Shown piece by piece: positions 48,347-58,937 of a DNA stretch of 64,000 bases. The notes below the pieces were generated by a model. The model was not told where the DNA came from. It searched no databases and saw nothing but the letters and a program-made list of their open reading frames with translations. Both the position numbers and the translations under genes were made by a program. The DNA is from Lachnospiraceae bacterium Phil5 (GTDB lineage Bacteria > Bacillota > Clostridia > TANB77 > CAG-508): the NCBI GenBank assembly GCA_002633185.1, contig NWBM01000002.1:209640-273639 (forward strand), read 5' to 3'. Numbering within the stretch: position 1 is the stretch's first letter; the number at the start of each line of letters is the position of its first letter.

Positions 48347-49372
48347 TTAATCCATACAACATAATTCATTTATTATCTTTTTATATTGCACAACTAATCT
48401 ATCTAAACTTTCTATTGTAATATATTCATTTGCTTCATGTGGATTTATTGGTCCCGTTCCAAGTATATATCTATTCTTAGCCTGTATAAAACTCGCTTCT
48501 GTTATAAAGTTCGTTGTTTTACACTTTTCACTTTCGGTTATAAATGGTCTTATATCGTTTATTATTTCATACTCAAATTGATATTTTTCTTTTAATCTAT
48601 TGAGCTCTTCAAATATTTTCTGCCTATGTCCATTATTCATAACTCTAAAATCTATATATGTTATACAACTATTAGGAACAATGTTAATGCTTTTACCTCC
48701 ATCTATTTTCCCAATGTTCATAGTTGTATATGGGATTTTAAATCTTTTATCAGTTTCAGATTTTAAAACATTATAAAATAATTTTAATTCATCTAAAAAA
48801 CTAATACATTTTTCTATTGCATTTATCCCTTTTTCAGGATTACTAGAATGTGCAGATTTACCTTCAAAGTCAACCTTAAATTCTAATAGTCCCTTACTTC
48901 CATTCATTATCTCATTATTAGTTGGCTCTCCTACAATTACATTTTCTGGAATTTCTACATTTAGACTGTTTATTTCTTTTATTCCATTAAAACCAATTTC
49001 TTCATCATATGTAAAAATCAACTTAATTCCATACTTTAATTTATTCCAATCTATATCTAATACAGCTTTCAAAATTGCAGCTATACCACCTTTCATGTCA
49101 CAGGTTCCAAGTCCATATAATTTATTATCAACTTCAGTTAGTTCCAAAGGATTGTATTTCCAATCGTTTCCACTTTGTACCGTATCAGTGTGTCCAATAA
49201 AACCAATTTTGCATTTTTCTTTTATACTCATAATTAGACATTTACTTCTATAATCTAATTTAAATCCTTTCTCTTCTAGGATTCCTTGTATATATTTCAT
49301 TATCTCTAGGTTTTCTTTGTCTTTAAATGTATCATATTTAATTAATTCTTTTAATATTTCTTTAGCTTGCAT
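48347..49372 (-). CDS. M20-family metallopeptidase (ArgE/DapE-like)
   Basis: GHTDTV, CDMKGG and YDEEIG metal-ligand motifs. Starts 1 nt after the hisS-like stop. Confidence 0.75.
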   Translation of the reverse strand: MQAKEILKELIKYDTFKDKENLEIMKYIQGILEEKGFKLDYRSKCLIMSIKEKCKIGFIGHTDTVQSGNDWKYNPLELTEVDNKLYGLGTCDMKGGIAAILKAVLDIDWNKLKYGIKLIFTYDEEIGFNGIKEINSLNVEIPENVIVGEPTNNEIMNGSKGLLEFKVDFEGKSAHSSNPEKGINAIEKCISFLDELKLFYNVLKSETDKRFKIPYTTMNIGKIDGGKSINIVPNSCITYIDFRVMNNGHRQKIFEELNRLKEKYQFEYEIINDIRPFITESEKCKTTNFITEASFIQAKNRYILGTGPINPHEANEYITIESLDRLVVQYKKIINELCCMD

Positions 49373-49373
49373 T

Positions 49374-51449
49374 TTAAACCTCCTCTACTATTCCAGTAAT
49401 AATTGCATTTTCTATTAATTGTTTTTTCGTATCTAATTCTATGTTAACAGTATATCCTGATGGTTGAATTACTTCCAACATTTCTTCTTTACAATTATAA
49501 TAATTATATATAGCTGTTGCTAGACTTCCACTACCACAAGCTGTTTCATAAAATACTGTGTCGATATCTTTCACCCATACTACAGGATTTATTTTTATCT
49601 TATCTAAAACATTTTCCAATAGCATTATTCCTATTGCTTTTTCAGTCGTCTGAATATTTTTATTCATAAATTCTTTCAATTCTTTTTTTGCCAGTTCTTC
49701 ATTATCTTTTAATTTTCGTATATATTCTTTAGATTTCTCCTCATCAAAAATTACTATTAGAATCCCATCTATTTTAACAAGGATAAAATCGTTTTGCACT
49801 TCTATTAACTCATCTATATTTTTGCTTATATCTATCTTTATCTCAACTTTATTATCATTTAATACTCTACCTTTTAAACTATTATTAGTCCCAGATACAG
49901 AAATTTCAATACTATCTTCATTTTCTTTAGAATATTCATAAATAGCACATCTTGTAGCATTCATACAAAATTCTCCGCCAGCCATTTCTAATCTATTTGT
50001 TTCATTACTCAAAAATCCTACTTGTTCAACTTCTAAATATTTCTCCATAATAAGTCTATTTATTAAACATTTTTGTTTATCATTAAATTTTGTACTTTTT
50101 ACCAAGGCGGTTTTGTTTCCTCCTGGATTTAATATTTTATACTCTATTTTCGGTATTGAAATTAATTCTTGTATAGTATTGATTAAATTATCAATATTTT
50201 CAGTTATTTGAAAATTATTTCTCATATCTTTAATAATTAACTTATTTTCTTTTAGCTCATCTTCTCCCAATATAATAACTAATGGAATTTCAGTTTCATT
50301 GGCACTACTTAGTGCCTTTTTTAGTTTTAAATTATTCATTTCAACTTCAACTTTTATATTTTTTTGTCTTAATTCATTTGCTAACTTTAATGCTGTTATA
50401 TTGTTATTCATTGGGATTATATATATATCTATACTATTTATATTTTTCGTTTTGTCTTTTAATATTTCAAAAATAACATCTAATCCAAAACTAACTCCAA
50501 CAGCAGGATATTTTTTTCCATCTCCTATAAATTCTCCAATCATATTGTCATATCTACCACCGCCACCAATGCTAGATTTTATACTACCATCTACTACATA
50601 TACTTCAAATATTGTTCCAGTATAATATTCTTGACCTCTTGCAAGTGTTGCTGAAAACATTACATATTCTGTTAAATCAAGTTCTCTAATATATTTATTT
50701 AATTCACAGATTTCATTTAATCCCTCTTTTAAATTTATATTTGTTGTATCTTTGAAAAGTTCATTTAAGCTATTAAATTCCATTGATAAATACTTAATCA
50801 TTTTATCTATTTGGTCATCTTTTAATTCTTGTTTCTTAAATTCTTCAATTAGTTCTTCTTTTGTTAATTTTTCCATTTTATCTATTACAGTTATTACTTG
50901 ATTAATTTTTTCGCTTTCAATATCACATATTTCAATTATTCCATTCATAAGCTTTCTATTGTTATATTTTATAACTATATCTATACCTAATTTTTTATAT
51001 CCTTCTACAAATATTGATATAAGTTCGGCTTCAATCATTTGTCCTTCAATTCCAACAGTATCTACATCACATTGTATAAATTCTCTGGTTCTACCCTTTT
51101 TTATTGGACCATCACGAAACACTTTTCCAATTTCATATCTTTTAAAAGGAAGCTTTATGTCTTTATTTGAAGCTATATATTTGGCAAACGGTACCGTTAA
51201 ATCATATCTTAAAGCTAAATTTCTATTTCCTTGATCTGATACTTTGTATATTTCTTTTAAAATATCATTATCTTCCTCATATTTTAATGCTAATAAATCA
51301 TAATAGCATAAAATTGATGTTTCTAAAGGGCTATACCCATATTTTTCAAATGTTTCTTGTAGAGTTTTTGAAATAAAACTTCTAATTTTGGCATCCTTTC
51401 CTCCATAATCGATACTTCCTCTCACGTTTTTTAATCCTTCATTTTTCAT
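49374..51449 (-). CDS. hisS: histidyl-tRNA synthetase fused to a C-terminal DapF-fold (PLP-independent racemase/epimerase-like) domain
   Basis: HisRS motifs (LRYDLTVP, FRDGPIKKGRTREF.QCDVD, GGGGRYDNM) plus an anticodon-binding domain. A ~260-aa extension follows, with NPGGNKTALV, GGEFCMNATRC and ETACGSGS resembling the two catalytic-Cys motifs of DapF. Confidence 0.8.
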   Translation of the reverse strand: MKNEGLKNVRGSIDYGGKDAKIRSFISKTLQETFEKYGYSPLETSILCYYDLLALKYEEDNDILKEIYKVSDQGNRNLALRYDLTVPFAKYIASNKDIKLPFKRYEIGKVFRDGPIKKGRTREFIQCDVDTVGIEGQMIEAELISIFVEGYKKLGIDIVIKYNNRKLMNGIIEICDIESEKINQVITVIDKMEKLTKEELIEEFKKQELKDDQIDKMIKYLSMEFNSLNELFKDTTNINLKEGLNEICELNKYIRELDLTEYVMFSATLARGQEYYTGTIFEVYVVDGSIKSSIGGGGRYDNMIGEFIGDGKKYPAVGVSFGLDVIFEILKDKTKNINSIDIYIIPMNNNITALKLANELRQKNIKVEVEMNNLKLKKALSSANETEIPLVIILGEDELKENKLIIKDMRNNFQITENIDNLINTIQELISIPKIEYKILNPGGNKTALVKSTKFNDKQKCLINRLIMEKYLEVEQVGFLSNETNRLEMAGGEFCMNATRCAIYEYSKENEDSIEISVSGTNNSLKGRVLNDNKVEIKIDISKNIDELIEVQNDFILVKIDGILIVIFDEEKSKEYIRKLKDNEELAKKELKEFMNKNIQTTEKAIGIMLLENVLDKIKINPVVWVKDIDTVFYETACGSGSLATAIYNYYNCKEEMLEVIQPSGYTVNIELDTKKQLIENAIITGIVEEV

Positions 51450-51737
51450 AAATATTTCCACCTTTCTTTTTAGAAAATAAAAATAGATATACAAAAAGAC
51501 ACTATTTATAGTTTATTTCCTACAAATAGTGTCTCTTAATATATCTATTAATTAATATATTTTTAAACTATCGTAGGCACAGCGCTTTTAGCCTGTACCT
51601 ACGCTTACTGTCAGCAGTAGTTACAAGCTCCTACGATGATGATGTAATTGGTTTAAAAATATATTTGATTTCATTTTATTTCCTTCTTTCTTTTATTTTA
51701 TATTTAAAATTATATCATGTTTTTTAATATTCGTCAA
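51450..51737 (-). promoter_or_regulatory. promoter, leader-peptide attenuator and terminator upstream of the hisS-like gene
   Basis: TTGACG (51732-51737), 17 bp, TATAAT (51709-51714). Also a leader ORF, competing helices, and the terminator AGACACTATTT-loop-AAATAGTGTCT plus a T-run (about 51493-51537). Confidence 0.6.
51621..51674 (-). CDS. 17-aa leader peptide MKSNIFLNQLHHHRRSL with three consecutive His codons
   Basis: GAAGGAAA SD 6 nt before the ATG. CAT CAT CAT at 51636-51644 overlaps helix-forming segment AUCGUAGG. Confidence 0.5.
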   Translation of the reverse strand: MKSNIFLNQLHHHRRSL

Positions 51738-51900
51738 TGTGTTTTTCTTGCTTAATGTATATACACATAATAATTAAACTAATCACAGTATTTATAAAAC
51801 TTTTTGACATCCATATTTAGTATTTTATGCTGTCAAATGGATGTCAAAATGCCTTTTTTATTATATTTAATATATTAGTTCAGGCTTGTAACCCTTGATA

Positions 51901-54681
51901 TTACTGATTTTTACCACAGCAATTTTTATACTTCTTACCACTTCCACATGGACAAGGATCATTTCTACCAACTTTAGGTTCTTTGTTAACAACAGTCTTG
52001 TTAAGTCCTCCCTCTTTTGGAGCAATGTTTCCATCTACTAAGTTAATAGCAGCACCATTTAAACTTGCATCTTGTAAGCTTGCATCTTCAATTTCAGCAG
52101 CTTCACTTCTTACAACGTTTTCGTTCTTTTCTAAGTGTAATAATATTTTAGCTACATCTTCTTTAATAGATTCAATCATTGCATCGAACATATCGAAACC
52201 TTCAATTCTGTATTGAACAACTGGGTCTTTTTGACCATAAGCACGTAATCCAATACCGTTTTTTAGTTCATCCATGTTATCAATGTGTTCCATCCATTGT
52301 TGGTCAACAATTTTTAAAACAATAACTCTTTCAATTTCTCTTAAATCTTCAGAACCAATCATTTGCTCTTTAGCTTCATATCTGTTGTGAACTGCTTCTG
52401 TTAATTCATCTATTAATTCATTAACTTTAACTTTTCTTCCTTCAGTTAAATCAATTTCATTAGTAATTCCTAATGTATTTGAAATTTCTTGTTTTATTGC
52501 TTCATCTATTGTAACATCTTCATCAATGGCAAATGCATTAACTATGTTTTCTACAGTAGATTCCATCATTCCAACAACGTTGTCTTTTAAGTTTTCACCA
52601 TCAAGAACTTCACGTCTTTGTTTGTAGATGATTTCTCTTTGTGTGTTCATAACATCGTCATATTGAAGTACGTTTTTACGAATACTAAAGTTCTTTCCTT
52701 CAACTTTCTTTTGAGCATTTTCAACTGTTTTTGAAAGCATTCCAGATTGAATTGGCATGTCTTCGTCTGCTCCTAATGTATCATATACTTTAGTAATTGC
52801 ATTACCACCGAATATTTTCATTAGGTCATCATCTAATCCGATGTAGAATTTAGAATTTCCTGGGTCTCCTTGACGTCCTGAACGTCCACGTAATTGGTTA
52901 TCAATACGTCTTGATTCGTGTCTTTCTGTACCAATTATTTTTAAACCACCGGCATCAATAACTTTTTGTTTTTCTTCTTTTATTTCTTCATCAAATTGTT
53001 TTTCTAGGTCTTTAAATTTTTGTCTAGCTTCTAATACTTCTTCATCATCTGTTTCATTGAATGCTGTTGCTTGTTCAATTAAGTCTGATGAATATCCTTC
53101 TTTTTTCATTTCTATTTTAGCTAAGTATTCGCTGTTACCACCAAGCATAATATCAGTACCACGACCAGCCATGTTTGTTGCTATTGTAACTGCACCAAAT
53201 TTACCAGCTTGAGCTACTATTTCAGCTTCTTTTTCGTGTTGTTTAGCATTTAATACTGTATGAGCAATTCCTGCATCATTTAACAATTTGCTTAATTTCT
53301 CAGATTTTTCAATTGAAACTGTACCAACTAGAACTGGTTGTCCTTTTTCATGGCTTTCTTTAATTTCATTTATAACAGCTCTGAATTTTGCAGCTTCATT
53401 TTTGTATATAACATCTGGTTCGTCAATTCTTATTAATGGTCTGTTTGTTGGAATTTCAATAACGTCTAATTTGTAGATTTCTTGGAATTCGTCTTCTTCT
53501 GTCATAGCAGTACCAGTCATACCAGATAATTTTTCATACATTCTGAAGTAGTTTTGGAATGTAATTGTAGCAAGTGTTTTAGATTCATCAGCAATTTTAA
53601 CTTTTTCTTTCGCTTCAATTGCTTGATGTAGTCCGTTATTATATCTTCTTCCATACATAATACGTCCTGTAAATTCATCTACAATTAGAACTTCTCCATC
53701 TTTAACAATGTAGTCTATATCTTTTTTCATAATACCATGTGCACGTAATGCTTGGTTAACATTATGAACTAACTCAGAGTTTTCTATATCATTGAAGTTT
53801 TCAAGTCCAAATTCTTCTTCAGCTTTTGCTATACCTTTTTGAGTTAATGTTGCAGATTTAGCTTTTAAGTCTACTATGTAATCATAGTTTTCATTATCTT
53901 CAGCTTGTTCTTCATCTTTAACATCTTCTTCAACTATAACTTTAGCTTGTAATTTTCTTACGAAAGAATCAGCTTTTTTATATAAGTCTGAAGATTTATT
54001 AGCTCTACCTGAAATAATAAGTGGTGTACGAGCCTCATCTATTAAAATACTATCAATCTCATCAACAATAGCATATGCTAATTTTCTTTGAACTAATTGA
54101 TCTTTGTATATAACCATGTTATCTCTTAAGTAATCGAAACCAAATTCATTATTTGTTCCATAAGTAATATCGCAATTATATGCATCTTGTTTTTCTGCTG
54201 GTTTCATTCCTGCAATAATTAATCCTACAGATAAACCTAAGAAACGATATATTTTTCCCATCCATTCACTATCTCTTTTTGCTAAGTAATCATTAACAGT
54301 AATTATATGAACACCTTCACCTGTTAAGGCATTTAAGTATGCTGGTAATGTAGCAACTAATGTTTTTCCTTCACCTGTTTTCATTTCGGCAATTCTACCT
54401 TGGTGTAATATAATACCACCAATTAACTGTACATCAAAGTGACGTAAACCTAAAACTCTTTTTGATGCCTCTCTTACAACAGCAAAAGCTTCTGGTAATA
54501 AATCATCTAAAGTTTCACCTTTAGTTAATCTTTCTTTAAATTCATCTGTTTTATGTCTTAATTCGCTATCAGTTAATTTAGCTATTTCATCTTCTAGGCC
54601 ATTAATTTTGTCCACTAGAGGCATAACTCTTTTAACTTCTTTTTCACTGTAACTTTTAAATATTTTGCTAATAAAACTCAT
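51901..54681 (-). CDS. secA: preprotein translocase ATPase SecA
   Basis: 926 aa with DEAD-like motor motifs and a C-terminal zinc motif [14 protein letters not shown]. Confidence 0.97.
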   Translation of the reverse strand: MSFISKIFKSYSEKEVKRVMPLVDKINGLEDEIAKLTDSELRHKTDEFKERLTKGETLDDLLPEAFAVVREASKRVLGLRHFDVQLIGGIILHQGRIAEMKTGEGKTLVATLPAYLNALTGEGVHIITVNDYLAKRDSEWMGKIYRFLGLSVGLIIAGMKPAEKQDAYNCDITYGTNNEFGFDYLRDNMVIYKDQLVQRKLAYAIVDEIDSILIDEARTPLIISGRANKSSDLYKKADSFVRKLQAKVIVEEDVKDEEQAEDNENYDYIVDLKAKSATLTQKGIAKAEEEFGLENFNDIENSELVHNVNQALRAHGIMKKDIDYIVKDGEVLIVDEFTGRIMYGRRYNNGLHQAIEAKEKVKIADESKTLATITFQNYFRMYEKLSGMTGTAMTEEDEFQEIYKLDVIEIPTNRPLIRIDEPDVIYKNEAAKFRAVINEIKESHEKGQPVLVGTVSIEKSEKLSKLLNDAGIAHTVLNAKQHEKEAEIVAQAGKFGAVTIATNMAGRGTDIMLGGNSEYLAKIEMKKEGYSSDLIEQATAFNETDDEEVLEARQKFKDLEKQFDEEIKEEKQKVIDAGGLKIIGTERHESRRIDNQLRGRSGRQGDPGNSKFYIGLDDDLMKIFGGNAITKVYDTLGADEDMPIQSGMLSKTVENAQKKVEGKNFSIRKNVLQYDDVMNTQREIIYKQRREVLDGENLKDNVVGMMESTVENIVNAFAIDEDVTIDEAIKQEISNTLGITNEIDLTEGRKVKVNELIDELTEAVHNRYEAKEQMIGSEDLREIERVIVLKIVDQQWMEHIDNMDELKNGIGLRAYGQKDPVVQYRIEGFDMFDAMIESIKEDVAKILLHLEKNENVVRSEAAEIEDASLQDASLNGAAINLVDGNIAPKEGGLNKTVVNKEPKVGRNDPCPCGSGKKYKNCCGKNQ

Positions 54682-54814
54682 TGTTATTTCTTCCTTTCTG
54701 TCTTATGTATTTTTAAATTTACATACAATTTAAGAGTACTATATCACTAATCTTAATTTTTCGCAAGAAAAATCATAATTTTTTTATATAAATAATATAT
54801 TTTTATTAAAAGGG

Positions 54815-54870
54815 ACAATTGGGGACGTGTCCCAATTGTACCAAAAGGTACAATTCGGGACACGTCAGCC
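54815..54870. repeat. cluster of overlapping GC-rich palindromes (ACAATTGGGGACGTGTCCCAATTGT; AATTGTACC-AAAA-GGTACAATT; ACAATTCGGGACACGTC)
   Basis: Read directly from the sequence. A related ACAATTTGGGACGCGTC (reverse) lies at 18197-18213. Confidence 0.6.
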
Positions 54871-54905
54871 ATTTATTTTACATTAAGAAAGGTTGAGTGT
54901 TTGTT

Positions 54906-55430
54906 ATGTTTGTATGTAATTTTAAGTTTAACAGAAAACTGACAATTAAAATTGCTATTGCGTTTCTGGTAATTATTTTTTGTATTATTTTTGGAGTTGT
55001 TGGTAAGAAATTCTATGATAGTGTATCAACTTTTAAGGTTAAAGATGAAATAAAAACAGATTATTTAGACGTTAATAGTAATAACTACTCTGATATTTTA
55101 AAAGACAGTCACGAAAATATTGATAAATATGTTGGTAAAAAAATTAAATTTGTGGGTTTTGTTTATAGGCTCTATGATTTTAATGAAAATCAGTTTGTTT
55201 TAGCTCGTGAAATGATTATTTCATCTGATAATCAAGCTGTTGTTGTAGGCTTTTTGTGTGATTGTAATGATGTGAAAAACATGGAGAATGGTGCTTGGGT
55301 AGAAGCTGAAGGTGTTATTGAAAAAGGTAATTATCATGGTGATTTGCCAGTTGTAAAGGTTACTTGTTTGAAAAAGGTTTCCGCTCCTAATGATGAATAT
55401 GTTTATCCTCCTTCAGGTAGTTATATTTAA
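54906..55430 (+). CDS. membrane-anchored hypothetical protein (~174 aa)
   Basis: N-terminal TM. ATG 54906 follows AAAGGTTGAG. No confident family call. Confidence 0.55.
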   Translation: MFVCNFKFNRKLTIKIAIAFLVIIFCIIFGVVGKKFYDSVSTFKVKDEIKTDYLDVNSNNYSDILKDSHENIDKYVGKKIKFVGFVYRLYDFNENQFVLAREMIISSDNQAVVVGFLCDCNDVKNMENGAWVEAEGVIEKGNYHGDLPVVKVTCLKKVSAPNDEYVYPPSGSYI

Positions 55431-55481
55431 TTTTCTAAATAGTTAAAGGATGGTTTTTCACCACCCTTTCTTTATTCTTAT

Positions 55482-56577
55482 TTAGCAATCTTTCTCAAAT
55501 ATGCTCTTCACAAATCCCCTATCAATCCTAACCTCATATATATTCTTAAGCACTATTAAAATAATTGGTCCGACAAATAGTCCAATAAATCCTAAAAATC
55601 TAAACCCTGTATACATTGCTATTAATGTAAATATAGGATGTACTCCAAGTTGACCGCTTACAATTTTTGGCTCTACTACCTGTCTAACAATTGTCATTAT
55701 TATCCATAATACAAATATTGCTATTCCTAAAGTTAAATCTCCATTAAATGCCGATATTATAGCCCATGGTATCATTACAGTACCAGAACCAAATATTGGT
55801 AATGCATCTACTATGGCTATTCCTAATGCTGCTAGTAATGGATAATTTACATTAAGCCCAACCGCTGAAAATATTGCTAATCCAATTAATGATATTACAA
55901 ATGAAATTAATATTAATTTTGCCTGAGCTTTTAGATAACAACTTAGTGATTTTATTAGTGCTTTTATATGTGTAGTTAATTTTTTTACCCATTTTTCTGG
56001 TAAATGATGTTCTATTTGGTCTAGCATATAAATTTTATCTGTACACATGAAATATAATGCTACTATTGTTATTATTATATATAAAAATATTGATGGTAAA
56101 GATGTTAAAATATTTAAGAATTTTGTAATGATATCTTTTAGCCAATTAGAAGCGGTTCCGTATTAATTGTGAACTGGCATTGTTTATTATAGTTCTAACT
56201 TCATCAGATACTTGTATTTTATTGAAATCATAATTTGATATTATATTCTGACTTTTAGAAGATATTTTTTCATAATAATAATTAAAGTTCCCAAGAAAAT
56301 TTGTAGTTTCTGTAATAAGAGTTATTACTCCCCATACAATTAATCCTATTATTATTGATAATATAATGGCAAAAATTAGTATTGCACTTACTTTTCTTCT
56401 CATTTTGAGCTTCCTCATACAAAATCGTATAAGTGGTTCTATTAATTGCGATAATATAAATGCAATCAAAAATGGTATATAAAAAATACTTACTTTAAAT
56501 CCAATTATTATTAATATTGCACTTGATATAAATACTGCTGTTTTTTTAACTATATCTGTCCAATTATTATAGTTCAT
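55482..56577 (-). pseudogene. AI-2E family transporter (YtvI/PerM-like), split by a frameshift
   Basis: The N-terminal ORF 56146-56577 ends ...SSQLIRNRF*. The other frame continues TASNWLKDIITKFLNILTSLPSIFLY... into ORF 55482-56048, collinear with B. subtilis YtvI. Confidence 0.75.
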
Positions 56578-56673
56578 TTTATATTTTCCCTTTCAAAAAA
56601 TATGTATATTACTATTTTAAGCTTATTTGATGTTTTATATTCATTAAATTTAAAAAAGCAATAGAGTAATTCT

Positions 56674-57111
56674 CTATTGCCAATTCTTATCACCACATCT
56701 ACATATATTGTCTACTGTAATAATAAAATTTTCTTTATTTGTGTTTGGATTTCTGCTTATATCGCCTATTGAAAGTATTCCAACTATTTTGTTGTTTTCT
56801 ATAATAGGTAATCTTCTTATTTGATTTTCAGACATAATTTTTTCTGCAGTATTTAATGTATCATTTGTGTTACAACTGTGTACGTTTGTAGTCATTATTT
56901 GGCTTACTGGTGTTGTTTTTGCATTTAAATCGCAGCATACACTTCTTAAAAGTATATCTCTATCTGTTATCATTCCAACTACATTTTGATTTTCATTACA
57001 CACAGGTACACATCCAATTTTATATTCAGCCATTAAGTTAGCACATTCGCATATTGTGGTTTCAGGCTTAACCCACATTACATCATGACACATGCATTCA
57101 TTTACTTTCAT
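56674..57111 (-). CDS. CBS-domain pair protein
   Basis: Two CBS repeats (V.PV...N.VVGMITDRDI ; RLPIIENNKIVGILSIGDI). ATG 57111 follows GGAGGA. Confidence 0.8.
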   Translation of the reverse strand: MKVNECMCHDVMWVKPETTICECANLMAEYKIGCVPVCNENQNVVGMITDRDILLRSVCCDLNAKTTPVSQIMTTNVHSCNTNDTLNTAEKIMSENQIRRLPIIENNKIVGILSIGDISRNPNTNKENFIITVDNICRCGDKNWQ

Positions 57112-57227
57112 TTTTATATCCTCCATTTCAATTTATTGTCAATTTTTTTATGACTTATATTTATTTTTTGTTAATTTGTTTTTTTATATTCATTTTAAAT
57201 ATTGAAATTTTGGAAATTTTTTCATTT

Positions 57228-58181
57228 TTAATTTTTATATTTAATAATTGCTCTTGCCTGCATGTTTGGTTCTACAATGCCTGATGTTGCAGCTATTGCG
57301 GCACATATATTTTCATAGTTTTGCATTCCGGTTAATGATATTGCATCATCTAATGTTAGTATATGTCTTCTTACTCCATCTTCGCATTTTTTTATTGTTC
57401 CATTATCATAAACAATTCCATTATCCAATTTGTTGTTTGTGCTGAAATATCTAATTTTCCCTGGTACATCTGTAAGTAAATTTTTTCTTATTTCTGTATC
57501 ATAGTTTAATATTAGTATTCCTTTTTCGTTTTGATATTTATATATGTTTTCAATATAATTTTCATTAATAATATCTATATCATCTTTATCAATATTTGTT
57601 ATTACTGCGATGTCTGGTGATGATTGAATTTCTGCTAATTGCATATTATTTGCTTGCAAAACTATTATGCTATCTTTTGTCATGTTTTCTATTTCTGTGA
57701 ATAATGGCTCTCCAATATTTCCACCTAAATAGCATTTGTTTCCATTTTCTTTTAATATACTATATATTAGTTTTGCAGTGGTTTCTGCACCTTGGCTTCC
57801 TGTTACTCCAATTAATTTACATGGGGCCATTTCTAATAGCATTTCAATTTCAGATATTACAACTGCGCCACGTAATTGCTCTGCTTTTATTTCTGGTATG
57901 TCTGCATTATAGCTTGGACCTCTAAATATTATTTCATACCCAACTAAATTTATTAAGTGATGCTCTCCAAATGAGAATCTTATACATTTGTCCGTTATTT
58001 TGTCTAATAAGGTTCTGTCTATTTCATCTATTGTTCTTTTATCAAATACTGTTACGTTTGCTCCTTTGTTGTAGAAATAGTCTAGAAGCGGTAAATTACT
58101 TGATTCTAGCCCAATTAATGCAATTGTTTTATTCTTTATAAATTTTTCAAATTCCTGTAGTTTTTCATTTACATACTTCAT
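57228..58181 (-). CDS. MurD-like Mur-ligase homolog lacking the C-terminal domain, with a degenerate P-loop
   Basis: Rossmann-like N-terminal domain plus a central domain with LIGVTGSQGAETTAKL where MurD has GITGTNGKTTT. GGNIGEP is retained. Only 317 aa. Confidence 0.55.
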   Translation of the reverse strand: MKYVNEKLQEFEKFIKNKTIALIGLESSNLPLLDYFYNKGANVTVFDKRTIDEIDRTLLDKITDKCIRFSFGEHHLINLVGYEIIFRGPSYNADIPEIKAEQLRGAVVISEIEMLLEMAPCKLIGVTGSQGAETTAKLIYSILKENGNKCYLGGNIGEPLFTEIENMTKDSIIVLQANNMQLAEIQSSPDIAVITNIDKDDIDIINENYIENIYKYQNEKGILILNYDTEIRKNLLTDVPGKIRYFSTNNKLDNGIVYDNGTIKKCEDGVRRHILTLDDAISLTGMQNYENICAAIAATSGIVEPNMQARAIIKYKN

Positions 58182-58286
58182 TAGATTTCCTCCTTACTTT
58201 TGGAATTATATCTCATCTTTTTTGGTTACGCAATAGAAAAAAAGCAAATACATCTATTTCGTATTCGCTTTTTCGTCATTTTTCTA

Positions 58287-58862
58287 CTATTCTCGACCTG
58301 GTTTTAAGTTTTTTATAACAAATTTACTATATTCATTATACAAAGCAGCTACATCTATTTTGCCACCATCTCTATATTGATATAAAAGAGCAGAACTTGT
58401 TAGTCCAAATAGTATTGAAGATACTGCTTTTGCATCTTGTGTTACAATTTCTCCTCTTTCAATTCCATAATTTATTATATTTTCTATTATTTCAACATAT
58501 TCATATATGCATTGTCTGCATAACAAGTTACGCTCGTCTTTCCCCCACATTTGTCCAATTATTAATGTAATTAGGCTTTCATATTTTTCCATAATTCTTA
58601 ATTGCACTAGTATTGCGGCTTTTAATTTATCTATAGCATTTTCATGTTTTGCAGCTTGAATTTCTATGCTATTTTTGAAAAGGTTCATTCCTTCAACTAT
58701 TAAGAAGTTGTATATTTCTTCCTTACTCGAAAAATGATAATATAGAGTTCCTTTTGCTATACCCACTACTGATGTAATTTCGTCTACGCTTGTGCCATCA
58801 TAGCCTTGTTTTGCAAACAGTTCCATAGCTGCTTCGAATATTTTTCTTTTTGTTCTATTCAT
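58287..58862 (-). CDS. TetR/AcrR-family transcriptional regulator
   Basis: N-terminal HTH KIFEAAMELFAKQGYDGTSVDEITSVVGIAKGTLYYHF. Confidence 0.85.
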   Translation of the reverse strand: MNRTKRKIFEAAMELFAKQGYDGTSVDEITSVVGIAKGTLYYHFSSKEEIYNFLIVEGMNLFKNSIEIQAAKHENAIDKLKAAILVQLRIMEKYESLITLIIGQMWGKDERNLLCRQCIYEYVEIIENIINYGIERGEIVTQDAKAVSSILFGLTSSALLYQYRDGGKIDVAALYNEYSKFVIKNLKPGRE

Positions 58863-58937
58863 TAAATTTATCACACCTTTTTGTTTAAACTATGATTATT
58901 TTACTATATATGATTTGTAATTTCAATATGTGTGGTT

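Noticed and set aside
51450-51737. Expected a T-box riboswitch upstream of the hisS-like gene.
   Set aside because: No conserved T-box sequence (the GGTGG-containing 14-mer) is visible, and there is no stem I with a specifier loop. A His-codon leader ORF with alternative helices fits better.
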